A stretch of 64,000 nucleotides of DNA from Betaproteobacteria bacterium (GTDB lineage: Bacteria > Pseudomonadota > Gammaproteobacteria > Burkholderiales > SG8-39): NCBI GenBank assembly GCA_004297625.1, contig SCTY01000030.1:642-64641 (forward strand), in the 5' to 3' direction. Under the pieces are notes generated by a model. That model saw only the letters and a program-made list of their open reading frames with translations, had not been told where the DNA came from and ran no database searches. A program made the translations under genes and the position numbers. This document shows positions 16,017 to 28,920 of the stretch, piece after piece; position 1 is the first letter of the stretch, and the number at the start of each line of letters is the position of its first letter.

Positions 16017-17108
16017 TTAAGTCGCTGGCACAGGTCTCTTGTTGTCTCCCGATGCCGAGCGTGGGTTCAGCTTGAGTTGGGTTCTTGTTTGGTGAAGAGC
16101 TGCATATAGCGCGCGGCCAACGATCGCTTCGGGGGTCCCGTACTCGAGGTAGTATCGCCAGTTGCCTTCCATCATACGGCCGCGCAAAACATCGTCGGCC
16201 AAGAGGCGTTCAACGGCTGCCAGACATTCAGCCACGCTGGTGAACTCGAGATAGTTTTCGCCCGGCGCAATTGGACCGGGCAACTCGAACCGCAGGCGTT
16301 CTGAAACAATGGCCCGAGAGAAAGCCACATACTCGCCGAACTTCCAGCCGATCGACTCCCACAGGCCGGTCGTCGCAATGCATATAGCGTAAGAGCGCAG
16401 GCGCCTCAGGTAGTCGGCTCTCCGGGTGCTAACTTCTGGCGGCACAACGCAATCCGGATACGCCCGGCAGGCGTGCGGCGTGCGCGCGAAGCCGCCAAAG
16501 AACCGCGGACCGAAATGCTCGCGAAGCGTACGGATGCACGCCGCACGCATGTCGTTCAAGTCGTTAACATCTTTCTCGGTGAGGTGGTCCTCCCCGGGCG
16601 CCCAGGTGCGCGCTAAGAACAACACTCGCGGGGACAGGTTACGCTCGGGCGCGCAGGACAAGGAGCTCAGCGTTGGCACGCCAAGGAGACCGCCGAGCAA
16701 AGGAAACAGCCGCGCGAGAGAGATTACTAAACGCTTGAACGCCTGGCTCGAAAGGCGCAGCTGGGCTAGGGAATTGGCCAGCTCGGAAAGTGTCGTGCGA
16801 TCGAGTAAGGCGGAGTAGTTAAGGCCTAAAGGCACGAACTTCTCGCAATTTGCGCCGTACTCGCCGGTCCTGTAGCTGCGCTTTGCATACAAGACGACCT
16901 TGTCTGCGACTTGGCCGTAATAATTGGCGCCATCGCGCACGTCCATGCAGACGAGGCGTGCGCCCTCCACGTCGACAAAGAGGACGTTCGCGCTTGTCGA
17001 GAAAACCGGATCGTCCGGTACGAGATGCGGCAGTCGCCGCCGAAGGTGATTCGGCCCGAAGCGCTGCTTTAGCAGGATGCGGCCGGCTTCATGCCCGAGC
17101 TTGCCCAA
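16017..17108 (-). CDS. uncharacterised protein with GT-B C-terminal-half-like region (shorter paralogue)
   Basis: ~70% identical by eye to the 29052-30269 protein. TTG start. Lacks ~40 N-terminal residues present in the paralogue. Visibly less GC-rich codons. Confidence 0.55.
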   Translation of the reverse strand: MGKLGHEAGRILLKQRFGPNHLRRRLPHLVPDDPVFSTSANVLFVDVEGARLVCMDVRDGANYYGQVADKVVLYAKRSYRTGEYGANCEKFVPLGLNYSALLDRTTLSELANSLAQLRLSSQAFKRLVISLARLFPLLGGLLGVPTLSSLSCAPERNLSPRVLFLARTWAPGEDHLTEKDVNDLNDMRAACIRTLREHFGPRFFGGFARTPHACRAYPDCVVPPEVSTRRADYLRRLRSYAICIATTGLWESIGWKFGEYVAFSRAIVSERLRFELPGPIAPGENYLEFTSVAECLAAVERLLADDVLRGRMMEGNWRYYLEYGTPEAIVGRALYAALHQTRTQLKLNPRSASGDNKRPVPAT

Positions 17109-17219
17109 GCTGGGTGAGAACCGTGTCGAGCGGCAGGGCCGGGCGTCGGCAAGTCTCCTCCCCCCGCGGCAGTTACGATAAGTGAAGCGGTCGACATCTT
17201 CGGATTCCTCTCGAATTCC

Positions 17220-20200
17220 TCAGGCGGCCGGTCTCAACTCTTTCTCTTCCGACGATGCCTGGAGCGGACGCGTCGGCGCGCCGTGCGGCGCGTATTCCTG
17301 CCAGCTCTTGATCTGCAGCTCGCCGAGGCCCTTCTTGGAGATCGCCTCGACGAAGCGCTGCGCGAGCTGGATGTTGGTGATGAGCGGGATGCCGAAGTCG
17401 GCGGCCTTGCGGCGGATGAGGTAGTCGTTCGCGAGCTCCTCCTCGCCGCTGTGCTTCGGGATGTTGATGACGAGGTCGAAGGCCCGGCGCTCGAGGTATT
17501 CGAGCGTGTTCGGCGAGCGCGCGTCGGTCGGCCAATGGAGCAGCATCGCGGGAATGTCGTTCGCCGCGAGGAAAGCCGCCGTGCCCTCGGTCGCATAGAG
17601 CTCGACGCCCATCGCGCGCAGCGTGTGCGCGCTCTCGAGGAAGGCCGCCTTGTCGGCGATCGGGCCGGTGGAGAGCAGAACCTTGCGCACCGGCAGGCGA
17701 AAGCCGACCGAGATGAGCGCCTTGAGGAACGCCTCTTCGAAGTCGTCGCCCAGGCAGCCCACCTCGCCGGTCGAGGCCATCTCGACGCCGAGCACCGGGT
17801 CGGCGCCTTCCAGGCGCGTGAAGGAGAACTGCGGTGCCTTGACGCCGACGTACTCGAGGTCGGTCGCCGAGCCGTTGTGCACGGGAACCGGGCGGCCCAT
17901 CATCACCGCCGCGGCCACGTCGATGAAGTTGACGCGCAGCACCTTCGAGACGAACGGGAAGCTGCGCGAGGCGCGCAGGTTGCATTCGATCACGCTCACA
18001 TCGTTCCCCTTCGCGAGGAACTGGATGTTGAAGGGCCCGTGGATCTTCAGCGCCGCGGCGATGCGCGCCGAGATACGCCGGATGCGCCGCACGGTCTCGA
18101 GATAGGTGCGCTGCGGCGGCAGCACGAGCGTCGCATCGCCCGAATGCACGCCGGCGTTCTCGACATGCTCGGAAACGGCCGACACGACCAGCTCGCCGTT
18201 GCACGCCACCGCGTCCATCTCCAGCTCGCGCGCGTTCTCCAGGAACTTGCTGATGACGACCGGGTGCACCGGCGAGACGTCGGTCGCGCGGCGCAGGAAG
18301 CGCACCAGCTCCGCGTCGTTCGCCGCCACGCCCATCGCGGCGCCGGAGAGCACGTACGAAGGACGCACGAGCACCGGGTAGCCCACGCTGCGGGCGAACT
18401 CCAGCGCACCGGCTTCGCTCTTCAGCTCTTTCCAGGCGGGTTGCACGATGCCGAGCTTGTCGAGGAGCCGCGAGAACTTGTGGCGGTCCTCGGCGGTGTC
18501 GATGCTCGCCGCGCTGGTGCCGAGCACGCGCACGCCGGCGTTCGCGAGCGCGAGCGCGAGGTTGTTCGGCGTCTGCCCGCCGACCGACACCACCACGCCG
18601 AGCGGCCGCTCGCGGCGATAGAGCTCCAGCACCGTCTCGAGGCTGATCTCGTCGAAATAGAGCCGGTCGCACTCGTTGTAATCGGTGCTCACCGTCTCGG
18701 GATTATGGTTCAGCATGAGGGTCTTGTAGCCCTGCCTGCGCAGCGCCTGCACGGTGTTCACCGCGCACCAGTCGAACTCCACCGAGCTGCCGATGCGGTA
18801 GGCGCCCGAGCCGAGCACCAGCACCGATTTCTCCAGGTCGCCGGCGGCAATGTCGTCTTCCTCGCCGTTGTAGGTGAGGTAGAGGTAGTTGGTCTGCGCG
18901 GGATACTCGCCGGCGAGCGTGTCGATCTGCTTCACCCGCGGGACGATGCCCGCGGCTTCGCGGGTTTCCCGTATTTTTTCAACCGAAGAATCGGAAAGGG
19001 CGGCGATTTGCGCATCCGAGAAGCCGGCGCGCTTGGCTTCCAGAAGCGTCTCTCTCGAAACCTGCGCCTTGAGCCGCTGCTCGATCCGCACGATGTGCTG
19101 CAACTTCTGCAGGAACCAGCGATCGATGTGCGAGAGCTCGTTGATTCTCTCGAGGGTGTAGCCGCGCCGCAGCGCCTCGGCCGCGACGTGGATGCGCTCG
19201 GGCGTGGGCTCGCGCAGCAGCCTGTCGATGTCCTCGTCCGCGAACGTCGCGCCCGGCACGCCGAGCATGCGCAGCGCTTTCTGCAGCGCCTCCTCGAAGC
19301 CCCGGCCGATCGCCATCACCTCGCCCACCGATTTCATCGACGAGCCGATGGTCTGGGCCGCGCCGCGGAATTTCTGCAGGTCCCAGCGCGGCGCTTTCAC
19401 CACCACGTAGTCGAGCGCCGGCTCGAAGCACGCCCGGGTGGCGCCGGTGATGGCGTTCGCAAGCTCGGTCAGGCCGTGGCCCAGGCCGAGCTTCGCGGCG
19501 ACGAAAGCGAGCGGGTAGCCCGTCGCCTTCGACGCCAGCGCCGAAGAGCGCGAAAGGCGGGCGTTCACCTCGATGGCGCGGTAGCGGCCGGTGCGCGGGC
19601 AGAGCGCGAACTGGATGTTGCACTCGCCCACCACGCCCAGATGGCGCACGGTGCGGATGGCGATACTGCGCAGCCGGTGGTATTCGCGGTTGGTGAGCGT
19701 CTGGCTCGGCGCGACCACGATGCTCTCGCCGGTGTGGATGCCCATGGGATCGAGGTTCTCCATGTTGCATACCACGATGCAGTTGTCGAAGCGGTCGCGG
19801 ACCACCTCGTATTCGATCTCCTTCCAGCCGACGAGGTACTCCTCGATCAGCACCTGGGGGCTGTGGGCGAGCCCCTTGGCCACCCGCTCGCGCAGCTGCG
19901 CCTCGTCGGCGCAATATCCGGAGCCCAGCCCGCCGAGCGCGTACGCGACGCGCGCCATCACCGGATAGCCGATGTCCTTCGCCAAGGCCACGGCTTCGTC
20001 GATGGTCTGCGCCGCCGCGCTGCGGGGCACTTCGACGCCGATCTCCGCGAGCCGCGCGGTGAACAGCGCGCGGTCCTCGGTTTCCTCGATGGTGCGCACC
20101 GGCGTGCCTAGCACCGCGACGCCGTACTTTTTCAAAGTGCCTTCCCGTTCGAGCGCCAGACCGCAATTCAGCGCGGTCTGCCCGCCGAAGCTGAGCGCGA

Positions 20201-20431
20201 TCGCATCCGGGCGCTCGCGCTCGATCACCTGCGCCACGAACTGCGGCGTGACCGGCAGGAAGTAGATGCGATCGGCGAGCGCCTCCGAAGTCTGGATGGT
20301 GGCGATGTTCGGGTTCACGAGCACCGTCTCGACGCCCTCCTCCTTGAGCGCCTTGATCGCCTGGCTGCCCGAATAGTCGAACTCGCCCGCTTCGCCGATC
20401 TTCAACGCGCCGCTGCCGAGAATCAGGACTT

Positions 20432-20435
<4 letters not shown>
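17220..20435 (-). CDS. carB: carbamoyl-phosphate synthase large subunit
   Basis: [26 protein letters not shown], two ATP-grasp halves, 1071 aa. ATGA overlap with carA. Confidence 0.95.
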
Positions 20436-21459
<1,024 letters not shown>

Positions 21460-21463
<4 letters not shown>

Positions 21464-22527
21464 TTCTTGAGAATCCTCTGGCCGAGCTCCACACCGATCA
21501 TCGTGTGGGTGAGCTCGGAAATATGGCGGTGCCCGTGGGGCACGTGCATCTCGGCGACGCCGTCGAACTCGCCGAGCAGCTCGCGGCTGGAAACCGTTTC
21601 GACGTTCTTCACCATGCCCGCCGGAATGGATTGGATGAGCTGGTAGGGATCGTTGGGCCGCGGAATGTCGACCAGGATGAAGCGCATGCCGTGGGCTGCG
21701 CAGAACTGCGCGATGCGCTCGATGAGCGCCGCGGCGAGCGCCACCTCATAAGGCGAATAAGCCGACTTGGTCGGCACCGCGTACTCGAACTCGGGCGCGT
21801 CGGCGGGCGCGGAGGTCGCGCGCACGCGCAGCGCCTCCTTGTAGTAGGCCCATACGCCGTTGAAGAGCAGCGAGTACGCGTAGGAGTTCTCGCTCAGCCA
21901 GCCCACGCCCGGCAGCGCGTAGATGACGTTCTGGATCGCGACGCCCGGGATGTGGCTCTTCTTGCGCGCCACCAGCTTGCCGTCCTCGAGGGCGAACAGC
22001 CCGGCCTTCAGGTTGTCCTCGAAGTCGTTGGCATAGAAGCCGAGCACCACGACGTCGGGGTGGTACTTGTAGCCTTCGTTCTCGAGGTAAGCGAGCTCCT
22101 CGGCGTTGCTGAATCCCGAGACGCCGGCGTTCAGCACCTCGGCGCGCACGCCGTGGTGCCTGAGATAGCGCTCGAGGACTGCCGAGAAGGTCGCGTCCTG
22201 GCGCACTTCGTAGCCCTGCGTATGCGAATCGCCGAGCGAGAGCACGCGCAGCGTCCCGGCGGGCTTGGCGTAAGGAAATTCGCGCTTGTCGCGCAACCCC
22301 TTGCCGTTGGTGACGAACTCCCACGAGCCGTCGACGCTGGTATGCCAGAACTCGGCGTGCGGCCGGATGCCGCGCAGGGTGTAATCGCCGTAGCGGTAGT
22401 CGGTGTGGTAGCGCGGGTACATCACCGTGCGCTCCTTGTACAGCGCGCGCACTAGCGCCTCGCCCGCCAGGAGCGCGACGAAAACGCTGGCCAAGGCAAT
22501 GACGGAAGTCTCGAGAAACCGTTTCAT
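21460..22527 (-). CDS. SGNH/GDSL-type hydrolase or acyl-esterase, membrane-anchored
   Basis: N-terminal anchor, VLSLGDSHTQG block I, NAGVSGF block II. Paralogous to the 24280-25440 protein. Confidence 0.65.
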
Positions 22528-24290
22528 TGCTCGGGCCCGGAGGCGGCGCGGCCGAAGCGCATCGGCGGCATGCCCGACTGCTGCGCGCCGATGTCCGGGC
22601 GGGGATAACGGTCGTTGAAGTTCGGAATGCGCTCGGCGCTTCCATGGCCGGGGCTGCCGGGTTTCAGGGCGAAGAGCCTGCCTTCGTACTCCGGCGTGCC
22701 CTTCCAGCCGTGGTCCTCGGGGTTCCGCCCGGCGCTCCACAGCGGCCCGTTGCGCAGGTCGAAGTCGGCGTCGACCGGCCCCCGGTCGGCGTCGGCGGCG
22801 ATCGAAGCGAATTTCGGCTGGCCGTTGATCTGCACCGCCTTGTGGATCTGCCAGATGTTGTTGCGGCTGACGAAGTTGTAGAGCTTGCCGCCGGCGTTCT
22901 GGATGCCCCAGCCCGCCCCCATGCCGTAGCGCGCGCCCGGCGCGGCCGGCTGCAGCACCGTGTTGTGAAAGTAGTACGCCCGCCCGCCCACGAACCTCGG
23001 ATCGTTGCTTCCCGCCTTGATGAACGAGCCGCGCCGCTCCGCGTCGGGCGGAGCATCCGGCTGGTACATCTGCGCCATGCGGTTGCTCACGTTGCGCCAC
23101 ACGTAGAGCGGGCCGACCGAGGTGGTCGCGTTCGCGATGGCGGTGAACACGCGGTCGAGGTAGTTGCCCCAGATCCTCACGTTGCGGTTGCCGCCCTCGG
23201 CTTCGATGCCGTCGTCGTAGGTATCCGAGATGCGGTTGCCGTTGATGTCCGAGTCGGCCCACGGGAATCCCGCGGTGCTGAAGTTCTCCTCGCCGCCCAG
23301 TCCGTCGAGAAAATGGTTGCCGTTGGTCGAGTAGATCTCGTTGTAGCGGATGACGTGGTTGGCTCCGCACTTGACGAAGAGCACGCCCTGCGGGCCCATC
23401 GGATGCTTGCGCGGCCCGGCGCCGCTCTGCCACGGGTTCGAGCCGTAGCGCGGGTCGCGCATCACGTTCCTCTGGATGACGATACGGTCGGGACGCTTCT
23501 CGTCCTCGGTCTCGCGGTAGTAGTTGCACTGCACCGCGGCGTCGTTGTCGGCGAGCCCGGAATTGGGCCGGTGCTGCTCGAAGCCGCCCCAGCCGGAAAT
23601 CTCGTTGTCCTCGATCACGATGTCGTGCGTCTGCGTATCGAGCACCGGCCTGAACTGCCGGTCGAGCATGATCCCGGCGCGCTTGCAGTTCCTGAGCTCG
23701 AGGCCGCGGATGATGACGTGGTGCGTGCCCTGCTTGACCAGCACGCAGCTGTCGCGCTGCAGGTCGTTGCCCGGCACCTCGCTCTGGTCGATGGCGTTTT
23801 TCCCGGGCGCGCCGGTGAAGAGCACATAGCCTTGCTTTTCATCGCCCGAGTCCTCGGGGCCGATCACGAGATGCGTCGTGCCTGGCTCGATGCGCACAGT
23901 GCGCTTCACCGGGAACTTCTCGCTCCAGGTGCTTACTTTGACGTTTTCGGCGACTCCAGAGGCGAGGGTCACTCGAATCTCGTATGTAGTGCCCGGCTCG
24001 AGCTCGACGAGGCTGCCGCGGTATTCCGAGTTGCGGCTGTCGAACCACAGGTCGAGACCCTGGCGCCAGCTGCCGCCCCCGGCCGGGCGAAACTCGACTT
24101 TCGCCGCGTTGTCCTCGGCGCCGCCCGGCGGGCTCCAGTACAGGCCGATCGACTGGAAGGTCGATACCGCACGCGGCGCCGCAAACACCGGCAGCACGAG
24201 CAGAATCAGAAACAGGGACAGACCCCATTTGAGAAATAGGGACAGACCCCATTTCAGACCCTTGAAATGGGGTCTGTCCCTATTTCTCAT
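22524..24290 (-). CDS. secreted right-handed beta-helix protein (polysaccharide lyase/epimerase-like fold)
   Basis: Hydrophobic N-terminus ...LILLVLPVFAAP. Beta-helix repeat signatures. Paralogue of the ORF at 2-1075. ATG 24290 lies inside a 27-bp hairpin. Confidence 0.65.
   Translation of the reverse strand: MRNRDRPHFKGLKWGLSLFLKWGLSLFLILLVLPVFAAPRAVSTFQSIGLYWSPPGGAEDNAAKVEFRPAGGGSWRQGLDLWFDSRNSEYRGSLVELEPGTTYEIRVTLASGVAENVKVSTWSEKFPVKRTVRIEPGTTHLVIGPEDSGDEKQGYVLFTGAPGKNAIDQSEVPGNDLQRDSCVLVKQGTHHVIIRGLELRNCKRAGIMLDRQFRPVLDTQTHDIVIEDNEISGWGGFEQHRPNSGLADNDAAVQCNYYRETEDEKRPDRIVIQRNVMRDPRYGSNPWQSGAGPRKHPMGPQGVLFVKCGANHVIRYNEIYSTNGNHFLDGLGGEENFSTAGFPWADSDINGNRISDTYDDGIEAEGGNRNVRIWGNYLDRVFTAIANATTSVGPLYVWRNVSNRMAQMYQPDAPPDAERRGSFIKAGSNDPRFVGGRAYYFHNTVLQPAAPGARYGMGAGWGIQNAGGKLYNFVSRNNIWQIHKAVQINGQPKFASIAADADRGPVDADFDLRNGPLWSAGRNPEDHGWKGTPEYEGRLFALKPGSPGHGSAERIPNFNDRYPRPDIGAQQSGMPPMRFGRAASGPEQ
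24214..24289. repeat. REP-like element, GGGACAGACCCCATTT family (two direct copies plus one inverted)
   Basis: 17-mers at 24214-24230 and 24238-24254. Perfect 27-bp inverted repeat 24230-24256 / 24263-24289. Confidence 0.85.
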
Positions 24291-25440
24291 GGCACAGATG
24301 CTGCGCGATGAGATCGGCGGCGGCGCGGTGGCCTTCGGCGTTCCAGTGCCCGCGGCCGAGACCCGTGTTCTGGAAGCCATGGAAGAAGACCTTGCGCTGC
24401 TCGGCAAGGCGCTGCATCTCGGGCGCGAGCGCGAGGACCGGCACGCCGCTCCTCTTGCCGAACTCGACGAGGCGGCGGTCGGGATACAGCAGATCGGAAA
24501 CGCCGAGCTCGCCCTGCAGCGCCTCGCGCAAGTTGCGGTCGGGGTGCACCTGGATGGCGTACGGCACCGTAAAGAGCAGGAAGCGCGCGCCGTTGCGCCG
24601 CGAATACTCGGCGCTCTGGACGATCAGCCCCTCGGTGATCTTCCACGCCTCTTCCCAAAGCGCGTCCTGCGGCGGCCTGAGCACCACCGGCTCCAGCCCC
24701 TGCTCGACGCCGCGCGCATTGGCGGCGTGCGCGTTCCGTATTGCGCGGCTGCTCCGGTAATCGCGCAGCAGCTGCAGCACGCGCGAATGGTCCGAGGCGC
24801 GGCGCAGGATCTCCATCGGCAGCGAGAGGCTCCTGCGAAAGCCGGGCTCGTCGGCGAAGGACTCGTCCATGTGCAGCCTGCCGTCCGCACCCAGCATGTA
24901 GAACGGCTGGTATTTCTCCTCTTCGAGCGCGAAGGAGTTGTTCCTGACGTCGTTGCCGTTGGTGAACTGCAGGAGCACCAGGTCCGGGCGGTAGCGGATT
25001 GCCTGCGACTGGAGCGTCACGTACTCCTGCGCCGTGCCGTAGCCCGATACGCCGAAGTTCAGCACCTCGACGCGCTTGCCCGGCTGGAAGCCGCACGCCC
25101 CGAGCCGCTCCGGCAGGAGCGCCCAGTACGCCTCCTCGCGCGGCACCTGCATCGCTTCGGAATACGAGTCGCCGAGCACCGCGATGCGATAGACGTCGTC
25201 GGGCTTGTCGAGCGGCGTGTCCCGGTCGCGCCGCCCGGCCGCGTTGACGTGCACGAACGCGCGGCCTTCTTTGGTGAACCAGGCGCTGACCCCCGGGCGC
25301 AGCGTCCAGCCGAGCTGCCGATCCGGCCGGTACCAGATGGGCGCGCTGTAGCCCATCAGGCGCAGCGCCGCCTCGGCCAGCAGGAGCCCCGCCAGCACGC
25401 TGGCGACGGCGATCGCCGCCCACCCGAGCAAGCGCCTCAT
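24280..25440 (-). CDS. SGNH/GDSL-type hydrolase or acyl-esterase, membrane-anchored
   Basis: N-terminal anchor, IAVLGDSYSE block I, NFGVSGYG block II. Confidence 0.65.
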   Translation of the reverse strand: MRRLLGWAAIAVASVLAGLLLAEAALRLMGYSAPIWYRPDRQLGWTLRPGVSAWFTKEGRAFVHVNAAGRRDRDTPLDKPDDVYRIAVLGDSYSEAMQVPREEAYWALLPERLGACGFQPGKRVEVLNFGVSGYGTAQEYVTLQSQAIRYRPDLVLLQFTNGNDVRNNSFALEEEKYQPFYMLGADGRLHMDESFADEPGFRRSLSLPMEILRRASDHSRVLQLLRDYRSSRAIRNAHAANARGVEQGLEPVVLRPPQDALWEEAWKITEGLIVQSAEYSRRNGARFLLFTVPYAIQVHPDRNLREALQGELGVSDLLYPDRRLVEFGKRSGVPVLALAPEMQRLAEQRKVFFHGFQNTGLGRGHWNAEGHRAAADLIAQHLCHEK

Positions 25441-25447
25441 GCCGGTG

Positions 25448-27283
<1,836 letters not shown>

Positions 27284-27286
27284 GGC

Positions 27287-27436
27287 CTAGAACAGCGTGT
27301 AGATGAAGGGGGCCACCACCGAGCCGTGCGCGAGCACGAGCAGCCCGCCCAGCACCAGCGTGATGATGATGATCGGCAGCAGCCAGTACTTGCGCCGCAC
27401 GCCGAGGAAACGCCACATCTGCAGCACGAAATCCAT
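27287..27436 (-). CDS. small membrane protein, DUF5989 / SxtK-like
   Basis: Not in the ORF track (49 aa): MDFVLQMWRFLGVRRKYWLLPIIIITLVLGGLLVLAHGSVVAPFIYTLF. Characteristic C-terminal APFIYTLF and position next to a carbamoyltransferase. Confidence 0.7.
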   Translation of the reverse strand: MDFVLQMWRFLGVRRKYWLLPIIIITLVLGGLLVLAHGSVVAPFIYTLF

Positions 27437-27445
27437 CGACCTCTC

Positions 27446-27844
27446 CTAGAACATGTTGCGGTAGCTGCCGTCCGCCGGCCCGGGCGGATCGCGCTTCACC
27501 CAGTAGGTCTTCGCCGCGGCGTCGAAACGCCGGTACATGGCATCGCGGCCGAAAAAGCGCATCACCACGCCGACCGGCGTGAACACGGCGAAGAAAATGA
27601 CCCCGAGCACGATCGGGCTGACGACCCGGCCGAGGAGCTCGCCGAACGCCATCCAGCCGCGGTTGAGCGGCGTGAGCCAGCGCTCGCGTGTGAGGGTGAC
27701 GACGGCAGTGAGCACGGCAGCCGACAGCAGCCACCAGGGATGATGCCCGGCGGCCCCGCGCCACAGCCCGTAGATGCCGGCGATCACGAACAACCCGGTG
27801 AACGTCCAGCCGAAGGATCGATTGGAAGGCAGTGTGGATTTCAT
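27446..27844 (-). CDS. SxtJ-family membrane protein
   Basis: SNRSFGWTF...LNRGWMAFGELLGRVVSPIVLGVIFFAVFTPVG, 132 aa, synteny with the carbamoyltransferase. Confidence 0.7.
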   Translation of the reverse strand: MKSTLPSNRSFGWTFTGLFVIAGIYGLWRGAAGHHPWWLLSAAVLTAVVTLTRERWLTPLNRGWMAFGELLGRVVSPIVLGVIFFAVFTPVGVVMRFFGRDAMYRRFDAAAKTYWVKRDPPGPADGSYRNMF

Positions 27845-27911
27845 AGGCGGGAAAAAATAACCCGCCGCATGGTTTGCGCTGTCGAAGCGGATCAGTCCGT
27901 TAAGACTATGG
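27845..27911. repeat. duplicated 5' leader (copy A, upstream of the SxtJ-like gene)
   Basis: About 70% identical by hand alignment to 28921-28986. Shared blocks AAAATAACC, GCCGCAT, GTCGAA, TCCGTT, GACTAT. Confidence 0.5.
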
Positions 27912-27915
27912 GAGC

Positions 27916-28920
27916 TCAGGCGTGCTTGCGAATCGCGAGCGCGAGCTGCGGCGTCAGCTCGAGCCCCGTGATCCGCTTGCCGGCCTTGAGCGAGGCCCAC
28001 AGGGATCTCTTGAGCCATGCGCGGCGCGGCGAGAGCTTGGCGTACCAGAGATCGATCCGGTCGCCCACGCCCCTGCGCGGCGCAAGCAAGGCGGGCGAGC
28101 CTTGCTTCGAAAGGATGCGGAGCACTTCGCCCACGGTGGCGCCGCGTATTCCCGCCCGCAGCATCTCCTCCCATTGCATGTCGCGCCTGACGTGCGGGGA
28201 GAACCGGCGCGCAACCCGCATGGCGATGCCGTCCGGCAGGTAATTGATGAGCGGCAAGCCGGTGGTGTGGAACTCGATCGCCGAATAGCGATGCGGCGTC
28301 TGGTTCAGGAACAGCACGCCGCCGGTCTTGAGGTGCCGCCAGATGCGCGGGAGCAGCGCGGCGCGCTCTTCCGGCAGGAGATGCTCGAAGACGGCGCTCA
28401 ATACGATGTAATCGAATTCGCCGAGGTCCCCGGGAAGCGAATCGCCGGCCGGCGAGCGCAGGAAGCGCACGTTGCGCCGCCCGAAGTGCCGCGCCCGCAG
28501 CCGCGCGAGCTTCAGGAGGCGCTCCTGGAGCTCGATGCCGACCAGCTCGCAGCCGGGCAGCAGCCGGCTGAGCACCATGGTCGAGGCGCCTGCGCCGCAG
28601 CCGAAGTCGAGCACCCGCTTTCCGGCGAACTCGGCCGGCTCCACGTAGCCGAGCACTTCGTGCCTTAGGGCGTGCTCGACGTAGGATGGGTCTTCCTCGC
28701 GCATGATCTCGTCGCACACGTAGGCGCGCTTCGTGGCCACGATTTCGCGGATAAGCGCCGGCGGATACGAGGTCACCCAACTGCGGCAAGGTCCTGAAGC
28801 GCCTGACTTGCCTTCCACTGAAATGCGGTGCCTTCCGTCGGGAAGGCGTTCGATGCGGACTGCCGGCTTTACGGCGGCCAGAGAATCGGGCTGTGCAGCT
28901 CGGAGCGCTTTTGCAGACAT
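27916..28920 (-). CDS. class I SAM-dependent methyltransferase
   Basis: Motif I RVLDFGCGAGAST. Start placed at ATG 28920 because the conserved leader ends there. An alternative ATG exists at 28950. Confidence 0.7.
   Translation of the reverse strand: MSAKALRAAQPDSLAAVKPAVRIERLPDGRHRISVEGKSGASGPCRSWVTSYPPALIREIVATKRAYVCDEIMREEDPSYVEHALRHEVLGYVEPAEFAGKRVLDFGCGAGASTMVLSRLLPGCELVGIELQERLLKLARLRARHFGRRNVRFLRSPAGDSLPGDLGEFDYIVLSAVFEHLLPEERAALLPRIWRHLKTGGVLFLNQTPHRYSAIEFHTTGLPLINYLPDGIAMRVARRFSPHVRRDMQWEEMLRAGIRGATVGEVLRILSKQGSPALLAPRRGVGDRIDLWYAKLSPRRAWLKRSLWASLKAGKRITGLELTPQLALAIRKHA

Noticed and set aside
16021-16040. Additional TGGCAC motifs at 16025 and at 53346, considered as possible sigma-54 promoters.
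   Set aside because: The spacing to any GC/-12-like element is wrong. Both also lie at 3' ends or inside a terminator rather than upstream of a gene in the correct orientation.
20395-20405. When I hand-translated the printed sequence across the line break near 20400, I seemed to get one extra C, which would frameshift carB.
   Set aside because: The ORF track computed from the same window gives an uninterrupted carB ([19 protein letters not shown]...), and coordinates re-synchronise a few hundred bases later. I treat this as my own counting error. The carA and carB coordinates are therefore taken from the track.
24214-24289. Direct repeats with a 24-nt period that could hint at a mini CRISPR array.
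   Set aside because: There are only two direct copies plus one inverted copy, no spacer-like unique segments and no cas genes. The pattern is a REP-type palindrome.
22524-24407. N-terminal extensions and fused mega-ORFs in the track (22524-24407, 44865-46388, 10206-11006, 39864-41969, 33988-36843, 21460-23529, 43723-46149, 46304-48643).
   Set aside because: The extensions run through REP elements or through the 3' ends of upstream genes in another frame. Internal starts that have ATGA/GTGA coupling, Shine-Dalgarno sequences or family-typical N-termini were preferred.
27846-27872. A nine-codon upstream ORF (MRRVIFSRL) overlapping the start of the SxtJ-like gene, considered as a possible leader peptide.
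   Set aside because: The duplicated leader upstream of the methyltransferase does not preserve the stop or the reading frame, so the similarity is better explained at the nucleotide/RNA level.
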